Source of the DNA: Batkoa obscura | Lineage: Eukaryota | Direction: 5' to 3' | DNA: 64,000 nucleotides | Assembly (NCBI GenBank): GCA_030770535.1 | Contig: JASVEC010000001.1 | Coordinates: forward strand, 1,798,001 to 1,862,000 | Shown: piece by piece, positions 28,977 through 41,027 of the stretch | How positions within the stretch are numbered: the first letter of the stretch is position 1 | How the letters are laid out: the number at the start of each line of letters is the position of its first letter | Position numbers and translations under genes: made by a program | The notes under the pieces: generated by a model | What the model saw: the letters and a program-made list of their open reading frames with translations, nothing else | Told to the model about the DNA's origin: nothing | Database searches by the model: none

Positions 28977-29628
28977 TGTGGAAGTTGGTACTCAGCGGTT
29001 GGAGTTAAAGCCAGTTTTTACTTGATTAACTAGCCTTGAGTCGAACGGTCTTAGTTTATATAACTAAGATAGACTTAGGTTAGTAAGAATGGTGCGCAAT
29101 AGGCTATGAGCTATGTAAAACAAATAGAATAGAAGATACTACTGCAAAATCTACGTAAGATATTGTCAGAAAGACTTAGTAGCTTTATTAATGGTACGAT
29201 ATCAGGGAATAATTCAATTAAAAAGCCTTGGGTTATTGTGTTGAGTAGTCTCTTTTATGCTCCAACTTGGTGGCTATATGGGAGTGTTTTTTTCGGCTTC
29301 ATCATTTTTTCCACTTTTTAAGCGGTATTTGAGTGGAAAGATTGTTAGTAAAATTCTTAAACACAAAAATACATCCCCATATGTAAGAAGCATAATAATA
29401 GTTATTCCTTATTATAGTTGCCAAGTATGGGCATTAAAACGTGGACAATAAATTCTTTGCAATTAAACGATAGAAATTCTCACAGCAAATCTAAATGAGG
29501 AACTCTGGATTGATTATACCACATGGTTCACGGTTAAATTGATTACAAGACTACAACTAGTTTTGTAAACAAGTTCAATGATTATTATCTTATAATTAAT
29601 CCGAGAGCTGATAAACCAATATTTCACA
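28977..29628 (+). mobile_element. Family L element with a nested MITE
   Basis: TGTGGAAG...TTTCACA, GTGT TSD. Confidence 0.88.
29280..29378. mobile_element. MITE family M nested in the TATA-like motif of the L element
   Basis: ATAT TSD; the empty site GGCTATATATAAGG is seen in the L copy at ~62836. Confidence 0.92.
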
Positions 29629-29838
29629 GTGTAAAAAAACTTCTGTTTTTTTAAAAGTAAAGTAATATAAATTTTTTGTTTAAATATTGAATGGTCTTCT
29701 TAGATACTTTGGAATAAAGAGTGTATTATCAACACTTAAAAAACAAAATTATTTTTAAATTTAGCTTTCTAGTGGAGAATTAGGGTTAGGGGACTTTTAA
29801 TAGTTTGAACATATTTATTAAAAACTTTATTAAGATAT

Positions 29839-29933
29839 GGGGATGTATTTTTTCGTTAAGAATTTTACTAACAATCTTTCCGCTCAAATACCGCTTAAAA
29901 AATGGGAAAAGTAAAGTCAAAAAAAACATCCTC
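29839..29933. mobile_element. MITE family M
   Basis: ATAT TSD. Confidence 0.9.
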
Positions 29934-30682
29934 ATATTTTGTGGATATATTTCTCTTTATCTTATTTTTATAAGTTTATATCTTTATTAATTTAATTGTC
30001 ATTAATTATCATTAATTATCATTAATTATCTTGGATGAGTTCAGGATATTTTTGAGAACAGATATCCATACTAAGTTTAACTTAGAGGAGGTAGCAAGTC
30101 ATGCTAAAGATGTTTAGATGTGACCAATTTTATATAAATTTCAAATAAAGTCATTTAAATGATTAGTAACATAAGTCTTTTTCTTTTAAAATTTGAATTA
30201 CAGAATAAGATTCTCCTAGTGACTTTATTAACAGTAGCTAAATAAATCTTATCTTAATATTTGTTGCTTTGAGCATTAATTAGCGTATCTATCAAGGGCA
30301 CTAAATAAGTGTTCATTGATGTTTGTTTCGATACAAAGCAAGTTACATTTCATTACAACTATAAATCCTTTTTAAAAAATATGAATCAGTATTTCAATTG
30401 TCATTAATTTTATATAAAACTGAGCATACATAAAAAATTCAATAATAATGATAATGATAATGATATCTTGGTTTATTCACAAACTTTCAAGTTAGTCCAA
30501 ATAATCATATGGCATTTATACATAGATATACTATTCAATTATTCAATGGGAATTTGTATTGACTCAAATATCAACAATAAAATAATTAATAGAAACCCAT
30601 TTTTATATAGTGTTGATAGAAATAATACAAATAGCTTATTAATTTAAAAGACATTAAAGAAATTATTTACAAACATAAAGGA

Positions 30683-31874
30683 CTAATTACGATTCAAGCA
30701 TGTACTTATTGAACCCCAAAGTAAATTCGATAATGAAGCAGCACCAGCCATAACTGAAAATGCTAATAAGGAATTTCTTTTATCACACCAACCATTTAAA
30801 CCACCAATTGGACATGGATTATATTGAAATGCTAAGGCCAATGTAGCACATATCCAAAATATAGTTAATACTAGATCCATACTTAAATTAACAATCTTTG
30901 GTAATTTAGGACGATAACCAACTCTTCTTTGATAAAAATCGATCATATGAAAGATACCAATTAAAATAGAAAGTGAGCTTAAAAAATAATAAAAGTTAAA
31001 TGTATTCAAATAATCCGGTACATCTTTTCCTATATACTAAAAGAAGTTTAATCACTTATTTATAATTACAAATAAATTTAAAACTACTTACTTGAGTGGT
31101 AACAATAGTTAATATAAGACACATAAATGCAGCCAAAAACTCAAACATTCTTAAACCAAAACGAAAAAGATTTGGTTTTCTCCCTCTTGAAGCATGACGA
31201 TGACGTACTGTTAATTTTTTCCAAAATGTATCTGCTTCAACTAAATCTTCTGGCATACCTAACATTGCTGGATGAGTAGGATAATCAAATTTAGCTGGTG
31301 TTGCATTGGGTGGTAAACTAATATCTTCTGGTGTTAATACCACTTTATTTTGTGGAGTATTTTCATTTTCATTTTCATTAACAGTTGTAGTATTTTCTGG
31401 TACTTGACTAATTTCATTATTTAAACTTGAAATTCCAATTTGATTTTGCTCATTTGGAATTTCTTCCATTCTTTGATTAATTAGATGTTGAGTTGTATCT
31501 TCATTTATGTTCACTTCATTATTCAATACATTGATTTTTATTCTACCATGATGTTGATAATCACTTTGTGACGTTGTTAAAGGTGGTGGATGAGATTGTA
31601 CATAATGTACTGCATTATGTTGATTACTTAAAGGCATTTGACTTAAAGTTGGGGAACTATTATTAACTGGATTGGGATAAAGATGGTATCTTTGTGGTGA
31701 ATATAAAGCTGGATTTGGATTTTGATAATAAAGCGCGGGGTTATAATGTTGTTCTGGTACCCCTTGATAAGGAGAATGCACTCCATATTCTTGTGCTAAA
31801 TTAGTTTGTTGAGCATAATATCTTCGATATCTTTCAGCCTCTTCAGGTGTTATATAATTGATATTGTTTTCCAT
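30683..31874 (-). CDS. MARVEL-like four-TM membrane protein with a long P/Q/N-rich N-terminus; one intron
   Basis: ORFs 31056-31874 and 30683-31009 joined by a GT-AG intron; LRMFEFLAAF, DLVLTIFW and C..GWC pattern. Confidence 0.65.
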
Positions 31875-32625
31875 ATTGAATAAATAAATTAAAAAATCAA
31901 AATTGGATATTTAAGCTCTTTACTCACAAGTGTAAGCCTTGGCTTGAGTTCATGTTTGACATGGTTTATTGAACCAATCATCATAGTTTCCCAAACTTTA
32001 TTTTATATAAACGAATAAGAATTTTATTATTGATTCCTTTTGAGTATTTTGTAGTTTCTAAATTGATTTTGCCCTAAATTATGATTTGATTTTTACAATT
32101 GCCAGGCTTTTTATTTTTATTCCAAGACGATTTCATTATGAAAAACTGAAAAAGGATAATTTTTTGAATCTTGAAGCAATAATGCCAAGCAAACAAAATA
32201 ATATCTTTTATATTCTTTAAAGAATAAGTAAATAGGCGGTCTATTACAAATTAGACAAAGAAGGTTAATAAAAATTAGATAAAGGACCAGAAGGTGGTTA
32301 TTTTTTACCCTTATTAATTACCAATATACTCCTAGACCAGATGGGTTTATTTATTAACATTTTTCTTATTAGACGAAAAAAAAGCTACAGAAGTATTCCC
32401 TTGTTTCCTCTAAAAAAACATAATGAAAATCTATATATGCTTTAATAGATTAATAGACATTATAAAAATATAAAAAATATTCAAAATAACCTAGACTTTA
32501 TATAAAACACAAGTTTAAATATTTTGATCAAAATTGAAACCAACGATATGTATCTTAGATTTTTAAATAACATTATTGTTATCATTTTTGATTTTTGCGA
32601 TATAGTTTGTTTTACAATAATATAT

Positions 32626-32719
32626 ATGGATGTCTCTTTTTATTTAAAGAATTTGCTATATTTTTTCTTCTCAAATAGCACTTGAAAATGGAAAAAGTGA
32701 TAAAATCAAAAAATACCCC
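32626..32719. mobile_element. Degenerate MITE family M
   Basis: CTCAAATAGCACTTGAAAATGGAAAAAGTGA...ACCCCATAT. Confidence 0.7.
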
Positions 32720-32894
32720 ATATATATTATAATTATTGAAGTATTGTATTATTTTTAATATTATTAATACAAAGTACAAAATATTGGCATTTTTATATAT
32801 AATAAAATAAAGTTTAAAATGTATATTTAGCAGTGAAAACTATTTTTATTGTCATCAGATGATAATTATTTAGAAAAATTTTAGTAAATAATTT

Positions 32895-33391
32895 TGTGAA
32901 ATATTGCTTTATTTAACTCTCGGATTAATTATAAGATAATAATCATTGAACTTGTTTACAAAACTAGTTGTAGTCTTGTAATCAATTTAACCGTGAACCA
33001 TGTGGTATAATCAATACAGAGTTCCTTGTTTTGATTTGTTGTGAGGATTTCTAACTTCATATTGCAAAGAATGATATCCTCTCATTTTGATATCCGTGCT
33101 TGTTGGAGTATAAAAGAGATTCTTCAACATGATAACTCGAGGCTTTTTAACTGAATTACTCCCTGATATCGTACCATTAATAAAGCCACTAAGTCTTTCT
33201 GACAACTTCTTACGTAGATTTTACAGTAGTATTGTCTATTCTATTTGTTTTACATAGTTCGTAACTTATTGCGTATTATTCTTATTCATTTAAGTCTATC
33301 TTAGTTATATAAACTAAGACCTTTCGACTCAAGGCAAGTTAATCGAGCAAGAACTGCTTTTAACTCCTACCACTAAGTACCAACTTTCACA
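32895..33391 (-). mobile_element. Family L element
   Basis: TGTGAAATATTGC...CAACTTTCACA, flanks ATTT/GTTT. Confidence 0.87.
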
Positions 33392-33765
33392 GTTTAAACA
33401 AATCTAATATTGTACAATTTATTTGTAACAAACTTGTCAAAAAGGCTAAGAAAATAGAAAAATTACAATTAAAAAATCAAGATAAAGTCAATATTCAAAA
33501 ATTAATTTATAACAATCACCATTTCAAGCACTATCTTAATATTATAAATCTTGTAATAAGTAAAAGTATTTAAGAATTATCAATGTTATATTTTTAAAAT
33601 TATGTTATAGCTTTATTGACTATATGGGGGTGTCCGAATTGGTTTCATTTTTTTATCCAATTTTTAAATTATTTTATTATAATTTATATTGTAAGTTAGC
33701 GGAATTTCTATCAAATTTAATATAAATTCCTGAATTAGCAAGGCTTTTACCAACATAGCCTATAT

Positions 33766-33864
33766 GGGGATGTATTTTTTTGTTTAAGAATTTTACTAAC
33801 AATCTTTCCGCTTAAATAGCGCTTAAAAAATGGAAAAAATAATGAAGCTAAAAAAAACACCCCC
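33766..33864. mobile_element. MITE family M nested in the Sola-like element
   Basis: ATAT TSD. Confidence 0.92.
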
Positions 33865-34199
33865 ATATAGTGATAGTAATTAAAGTTGTAATATGTAATA
33901 TGTAAATAAATATATATTTTTATAAAACTTTATTAAGAAATATTTATTATTAACTGCTTTATAGCCAACACTGCAGGTTTACTATCAAATGAACAAATTA
34001 TTTTAATGTTATAATTACATTATCAATATATCACTAAGTTAATAAATAGCTGCATGGGAGGGAGTGGTTAGCCCTAAAACTATAATTAACCATCCCTATG
34101 TAACACAAGCACTGTAATAATAGTTTTTACTTATTATTACAACTACTTGCTCTTTGACTATTTATTAACTTAGCTATTAATAATTTAAGTAATATCAAC

Positions 34200-35985
34200 G
34201 TTTAATACTTGATTTCTATCATCTAATAAGCTACTTACTTGCTTACTAAATATTGAAACTTTAAATTTTCAGTTATTTTTGTAAGATAAGCTGGGGTTGA
34301 TCTTTTAATTTTTCTATTTTCTATAGACTCTATAACTTTAATTGTAGTTATATCGCTTTTTTTTGATCTATCAGATACTGGATAACAGTGTAGTTTATTA
34401 CCACGTTTAATAAAATGTAAATACTTTTTAATACCTTGTATTTTTATTATTTTTCTTGTATCTTTGTTTCTTTCATACTTTTTAAAAATTATACTTGTTT
34501 TCCCATTATTGACAGTCGAGTTATTAATTCTATTATGTTCACAAATAAAAATTCCAAATTTTAAATTAATTGATCAATATCTTCTATTTTACCTAATACT
34601 TCAAAACTATTTTTCCACTGTGAAAGATTTCCAAAATGTCCGTCAACTATACTTTTTCTATGATGCTCGGCAAAAAAATTAAGATCAATATTTAAACTAC
34701 TATTTATTTTATGAATTTCTTCAAATATATAATGTAAAAACTCTTGAGATTTAAAATGATATCCTGTATCTGCCCATATGTTAATTTTTGTAAATTTTTT
34801 AAACAAAGGCTCTTTAGATATTAAATCAATTAAATAATCTCCTGCATATGGGGATGTATTTTTTTGTTTAAGGATTTTACTAACAATCTTTCCGCTCAAA
34901 TAGCGCTCAAAAAATGGAAAAAGTAATGAAACCAAAAAAACATCCCCATATGCTGAATCATGATTTAATATTCCAGATAAATAATCAAAATAAACTTTGC
35001 CTATTGTTTTATCATTTTTTAAATATAAAACGCCAAACGCTAATACTGATATAGCTTGTTTATTATAATGATCTAAATTTATTGAATCTGGTCTTGTTCC
35101 TATTTCCATATTTTGTTTAAACTCTAAAATTATTACACAACTTCTATTATTTAATTTTTTAATAGTTTCATTAAGTATGTTTTTTTGAGTATCAACACAA
35201 AATTCATGTAATTTATATACCCTTTTTTCTTTATTAAAAGATTCATCTATCTCTGTTTTATTTTTTGTCGCTGTGTTTATTTTATTTTCAAATAACTTTT
35301 TTCTAACTGTATACTGGGCACATATATTTCATAAATCTGTTTTTCTTGCTGGATTTTTAAAATTATTTGGTATGTATTTGAAAAATGTTGACTTAGCTAC
35401 TGCTTTATGTTTTAAATCATTAAAATATTTACTATATATCATTCTTCTACTTTTATTTAATATATATATTATCTGGCGAATATTTTTTATCATTATTTTT
35501 TTTATTAAATCTTGATGAAATAGTTGAATTATTAAATATTGTATAATAATCTCGATTTGCTCATCTTTAATTTTTTTTGTATTTTTAATAATAGGTTGTA
35601 ATGTTGGTGTTTTATTATTATTAATTATTTTTGAACAATCATATTGATTTCTACTTATATTAAATCCAAAACTTTTACATTCATCAAAAGAATATACTGA
35701 AGCTATAGTCGATAATAATGCTACTTGTTAGTTTTTATTTCCTGTTTCCTTTAAAGCACTAATTTTATACATTGCTTGATTAAGTTTGTTATTATTAATA
35801 GTAAAATTTAATAACTTTTCTTTTCTTTTTTTTATTTTATTATAAAATTCCATAAACTCTGGGTTATTGTGAATAGTTGCTAAAATTGATGTAAATGAAT
35901 TACAATGTTTATATAATGTGCTTCTTCCTACCGTATTAAAGTTTTTAGAAATTCCATTTCGAAGTTTAGTTATAAAAGCTTGCAT
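34200..35985 (-). pseudogene. Transposase pseudogene, Sola2-like DDD type
   Basis: Motifs KTDL*NIC, IILEFKQN, NHDS, WADTGYHFKS, FFAEHHRKSIVDGHFG; in-frame stops, frameshifts and a MITE insertion. Confidence 0.8.
34850..34947. mobile_element. MITE family M inserted in frame in the transposase
   Basis: 98 bp plus ATAT TSD = 102 nt; removal restores NHDSAYAGDY. Confidence 0.93.
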
Positions 35986-36077
35986 TTTGTTTTTATTTTA
36001 ATAAAAAACAAAGTCAAATAATTATATATTTATATCTTATATACCTATTAAACATTTAATAAAAAAATACAAAACAC

Positions 36078-36434
36078 TGTGAAATATCGTTTCATCAGCT
36101 CTATGATTGATTATCCCATAATAATCACTTAACTTGTTTACAAAACTAGTTGGAGTATAAAAGAGATTCTTCAACATGATAACTTGAGGCTTTTTAATTG
36201 AATTGTTCCCTAATATTGTACTTTTAATAAAGCCAGTAAGTCTTATAGTATTTTACGTAGATTTTACAGCAGTATCTTCTGTTCTATTTATTTTATATAA
36301 TTCGTAGCTTATTGCGCACTATTCCTATTAATTTAAGTCTATCTTAGTTACATAAACTAAGACCTTTTGACTTACGGCCAATTAATTAAGCTAGGACTGC
36401 TTTTAACTGCAATCACTGAGTACCAACTTTCACA
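36078..36434 (-). mobile_element. Internally deleted family L element nested in the Sola-like element
   Basis: Both TGTGAAA and TTTCACA ends present, central module missing; TSD ambiguous. Confidence 0.85.
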
Positions 36435-36619
36435 AACATATAATTAAAAAAATAAAATAAATGAATAAAAAAATAAAGTAAGTCTTTTAAGTTAAATTTT
36501 TATATTTAATTTTAAGCTTTTTAAATTTAGCTAATCATACATTAAAGACGCAAATTTAAAAACTTAAAATTTGGATTAATTTCTAGTTAAATTCTGAAAC
36601 CAATTCGGACACCCCATAT

Positions 36620-36814
36620 GGAGATGTATTTTTTTGTTTAAGAATTTTACTATCAATCTTTCCGCTCAAATAGTGCTTAAAAGATAGAAAAAGTGAAGCC
36701 AAAAAAAACACCCTTCATATGGGGACGTTTTTTTGGCTTCACTTTTTCTATCTTTTAAGCACTATTTGAGCGGAAAGATTGATAGTAAAATTCTTAAACA
36801 AGAAATACATCCCT
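36620..36814. mobile_element. Two family M MITEs in inverted tandem (36620-36716 and 36721-36814)
   Basis: ATAT at 36616, 36717 and 36815; the copies are near-reverse complements of each other. Confidence 0.9.
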
Positions 36815-38145
36815 ATATTTCATTAAGACCCCCGAAGTTGTACTATTGTATAAAATTTTAAAAATACAGACAATTAGAATTTATAATAGCGGGTAATCCT
36901 AAACAAATAATGAAATAAATTATTAAAAGATCTTTAAGTAAAGGCTAATAAGTATTTTAATGTTTTATTTTAAACTTTATCCTTTCTAAGTTCATGGAAT
37001 TCACAAAATAACAATAATTTACAAAACACTCTCAATTTGTATAATCACTACAACCTCCCCGATATTAAGGTTTATGCTAAATATAAACTTTAACTACGGT
37101 ATATATTGATTTTAAAATAAATATGAAATCACTTATTTTCCACTACTCTAGATAGATTCGGTACTTACTATAGAATGAACTTGTATTAACTTTTATAATA
37201 ATTGAAAGTATGCACTTTGAATCTTTTATTTCCAAAATCAATTTAACCGAACTACTTAGGATTATCGAATAAAAGGGATATTAATTCCCTTTATTTTATT
37301 TTGCCCATATTGTTAATGAATTCTATCTTCTAAATTAAATAAAACCTTAAAATTATATACTTGTTTACTACTGCTTTTCTGGTTTGAACTTTTAACGAAT
37401 TTTAAAGTATAAAATTATTTAATATCATTATTTCTTCTTTAAAGTATATTAACCATTATACAAATTTTAATTTAAGTGAATATCCAAAATACATTAGCAT
37501 TAAATCTAGTATATCTATTAATGGTCATAAAAGGGAGACTACGTCCCCGACATTTATCTAAAAACTAGTATTATTAATAAAAAAATCGTTAATAAATTAT
37601 AATCAATAATAAAAAATAAGCCATTTAGAGCCTAGAAGAAATTTCGCGTTTATATTTGCATCTAGCTATGCCATTTATAATTACCCTCTTGGCTACGTCG
37701 TGTTGCATTATTTTCGATTATTTTACTTATGGTATTTATATTTTGGATTACTCCGAACTATACATACCAAATTTGTAGCTTACACCTTGAACCGAATTTC
37801 ATATATAATTTACTATTAAAAGTGTAATTAGTTCATCCCTCTATTTTATGGATCATAATACACATTTTATTAAGGCTAAATAATAAATATTTAAATAATA
37901 AGCATTTATTAAAAATAGTTTTTAATATGTTATAGAACAATATACCGGATTTAATTTTAGCTATTGAATTTTGTTACCAATTTTGTCAATAAAAATAATA
38001 GTCTATTATAATTTCATATTTGTTAGCAAAATGGAACATATATAAACCCCCACGTAGAATTTATATCATTAAAACATTTGAGTTCTACATTATCTCTATC
38101 TATTTATTCCCTTCATTTTATAATTGATCGCTCTATATAGCTACT

Positions 38146-40098
38146 ATGAAGAGTTTTCTTTTTATTATCCCCTTTGCCATCTTATTCTCAGGTTTGGTTA
38201 CCACTGCAGATACTACAGGTGATGACTCTTATCTTTACAAGAAGAATGATTACAAAACCGCTGAAAAAACTTATGATTATATCGTTGTAGGAGGAGGTTC
38301 TGCTGGTGGTATGACAGCTATGAGATTAGCCAAACATGGTTATAAAACCTTATTGATTGAAGCTGGACCAGAGCCTGAACCAGGACCAGCAAGTTATAAT
38401 ATGACTACCGCTGGTATCTCTTTCCGTGCAACTGAAGATCCAAAGATTTCCTTCGATTTCTCTGTTAAACATTACCCAGAAAGCACTGGTATCCGCCAAA
38501 ATGTATTTTATCCAAGAGTAGGTGGATTAGGTGGATGTTCTTTACATCATGCTCAGATTGAAATGTATCCACAACAACAAGATTTTGACCAACTGAAGAG
38601 TTTAACTGGAAATGCAGTATTTGAAGAAAAAACTTTTAGAAACAAATATTTTAAGCCATTAGAAAACAATCAATATCCAACGGATCTTAGAAACGCTGGT
38701 GATCATGGTTTCAATGGTTGGTTACCTCTTTCTTACAACCCAGTAGAGCGTGTTGGTCCAATTGATCAATCTCTTATCGATTTCCTCTCCTTTTTAGGTC
38801 CAAACCCAAAGTATGATGTCAATGGTTATGTCAATGGTAAACTTGGTACTAGCCAAGAGTCTACATTTACTATCCCAGGTGGTGTCCATCTCAATAATTT
38901 TACCAGAATGAATTTCCTTGGCCAAATGCAAATGGCTCGAGCTTTCACCCCATTAACTATCCTTACCGATACTTTTGCAACTAAGATCTTATTCGATAAG
39001 AACAAGAAAGCAACTGGGGTGGAAGTTCGTCATGGCAAATACCTGTATAAAGCTTCACCAATGTATAAACAAGCCAATTGGGATTCAAGTATAAAAAACC
39101 AGTTCTTTGCTACTAAAGAAATTATCATTTCTGGTGGTGCCTTTATGACCCCACAATTACTTATGCTTTCGGGTATTGGGGATGCTGCCCAATTAAAAAA
39201 ACTTAAAATTCCAGTTATTTCCAACCTTAAAGGAGTAGGAAAAAACCTTCAAGATCGCTATGAGATTCCATACAGTACCGATTTAAAACAAAAGCTCGAA
39301 ATATTTAAAGATTGCCCATGGATCACGGACCCAACTAAAGATCGTTGCTTTAAAAACTACTTAGAAACTAAGACTGGGCCTTATTTACATGCCCCTGGTT
39401 TTAGTGGCCAAATTAAAAACTCAAAATCTGGCTTAAAAGAGCCCGATACTTTCTTTATCAGCCTTCCTGTCTATTTCCATGGTTACTATAAAGGTTACAC
39501 TCAAGACATTGTCAATAATCTTCATTACTTCACTCAATTAGTATTAAAAGCACATTCCAAGGGAAGAGGTCATGTTAACCTCGTATCCGCTAATCCTAAT
39601 GATGTACCCGACATCAACTTATTAAAATTCAATCGTAATGGTGCTGAAGACATGAATGTTCTAATTGATGGTATCTTGTTTTTACGTAACCGCACTAATG
39701 CTAATGTAGGCACCAAATACCAAGAAACGTTGCCAGGTAAAGATATTAAAACACGCAACCAAATAGCCAAGTGGATTATCGAAACGGTATGGGGTCACCA
39801 TGTGTGTTGTACTGCAAAATTGGGCGCTGACTCTGATCCCTATGCTGTTCTTGATTCTAGATTTAGAGTTCGTGGTGTTAAGAGCTTAAGAGTAGTTGAT
39901 ATGTCTATTTTCCCTGATATTCCTGGCTTTTTCCCTAATTTATTTGTTCATATGCTCGGAGATGTTGTTGCTGATTTTGTTCATGAGGATAACAAATCAG
40001 CTTCGGATGTACTTGCTAAGTCTCCCCCAACTACAGGCGGTGATTATACTGAAGAGTATGATGGCTTGAATGTAAAGGACCCCAAGGTTGAGAAATAA
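38146..40098 (+). CDS. Secreted GMC (AA3-type) FAD oxidoreductase, intronless
   Basis: Signal peptide, YDYIVVGGGSAG, YPRVGGLGGC, TPQLLMLSGIG, VGKNLQDRYE, WGHHVCCT, LRVVDMSIFP. Confidence 0.92.
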   Translation: MKSFLFIIPFAILFSGLVTTADTTGDDSYLYKKNDYKTAEKTYDYIVVGGGSAGGMTAMRLAKHGYKTLLIEAGPEPEPGPASYNMTTAGISFRATEDPKISFDFSVKHYPESTGIRQNVFYPRVGGLGGCSLHHAQIEMYPQQQDFDQLKSLTGNAVFEEKTFRNKYFKPLENNQYPTDLRNAGDHGFNGWLPLSYNPVERVGPIDQSLIDFLSFLGPNPKYDVNGYVNGKLGTSQESTFTIPGGVHLNNFTRMNFLGQMQMARAFTPLTILTDTFATKILFDKNKKATGVEVRHGKYLYKASPMYKQANWDSSIKNQFFATKEIIISGGAFMTPQLLMLSGIGDAAQLKKLKIPVISNLKGVGKNLQDRYEIPYSTDLKQKLEIFKDCPWITDPTKDRCFKNYLETKTGPYLHAPGFSGQIKNSKSGLKEPDTFFISLPVYFHGYYKGYTQDIVNNLHYFTQLVLKAHSKGRGHVNLVSANPNDVPDINLLKFNRNGAEDMNVLIDGILFLRNRTNANVGTKYQETLPGKDIKTRNQIAKWIIETVWGHHVCCTAKLGADSDPYAVLDSRFRVRGVKSLRVVDMSIFPDIPGFFPNLFVHMLGDVVADFVHEDNKSASDVLAKSPPTTGGDYTEEYDGLNVKDPKVEK

Positions 40099-40238
40099 AT
40101 TTAATTAGTAGTTTCAATAAATCCTTACGAAATATAAACATTTTGATTTTTAAAAAATATCACAATCTTTAGAACTTTAACTTAACTGTTGTTTAAGTGA
40201 ATACTTAATGAATAAACTTGATAGATTTATAATTATAT

Positions 40239-40336
40239 GGGAATGCTTTTTTTGGTTTCATCACTTTTCCACTTTTTAAGCGCTATTTGGGCGGAAAGAT
40301 TATTAGTAAAATTCTTAAATATAAAAAAACAGCCCC
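40239..40336. mobile_element. MITE family M
   Basis: ATAT TSD. Confidence 0.88.
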
Positions 40337-40928
40337 ATATTTAGTTTTATATTAGCTAAACTAAAACAAAATTTTAATACTGCGTTACTACTACACTTTA
40401 TAATTAGTAATTTTAATAGTGCATTTATTATGTGAGTCTTTACTATATTCAGCGGTATTTCAATATATATTTTGCTCAGAAAGAAAAACTTGTATACTAA
40501 AAAAAATTACAGTACACATTTTTTCGAATGCCCTCACTTAATAGTGACAATTAATATAGCTTATACCACGGTCATCTGCCGCTTCATTGGATTAGACAGA
40601 GCGTTATCCAAGCATTGTCAAAAGTATATAAGAAACTAAAGCTGATAAACTATATTCTTTTTAAAGAAATCCTTTTCATTTTTAATCAATCGTTTATCTT
40701 TATTTATTGCTATCATTTTTATAACTATTATAAATACATAACAAACCAAGAAAATTATAACAAACTGTACAATCTTATTTGAAACGAGACTTAGCTTGAA
40801 CAGAAACCCTCAAATCATAGTTATGAAAACATATTTGTAGCCAATATATAACTGATAAATACTGGAATTAACACCTCAACGATCTTCTTTTAAATTATTT
40901 ATTTTTTGCATTTATAATAGGCACATAT

Positions 40929-41027
40929 GGGGATGTATTTTTTTGTTTAAGAATTTTACTAACAATCTTTCCGCTCAAATAGCGCTTAAAAAATGGAAAA
41001 AATAATGAACCCAAAAAAAACACCCCC
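40929..41027. mobile_element. MITE family M
   Basis: ATAT TSD. Confidence 0.92.

Larger units (their letters stand above)
33626..36615 (-). mobile_element. Decayed ~3-kb Sola2-like cut-and-paste DNA transposon with nested insertions
   Basis: TIRs GGGGGTGTCCGAATTGGTTTCA / TGAAACCAATTCGGACACCCC, ATAT TSD at 33622-33625 and 36616-36619, internal transposase remnant. Confidence 0.85.

Noticed and set aside
35330..35345. TGA at a Cys position in the transposase (selenocysteine or recoding)
   Set aside because: The ORF has other stops, frameshifts and insertions; host genes here use TGA as a normal stop
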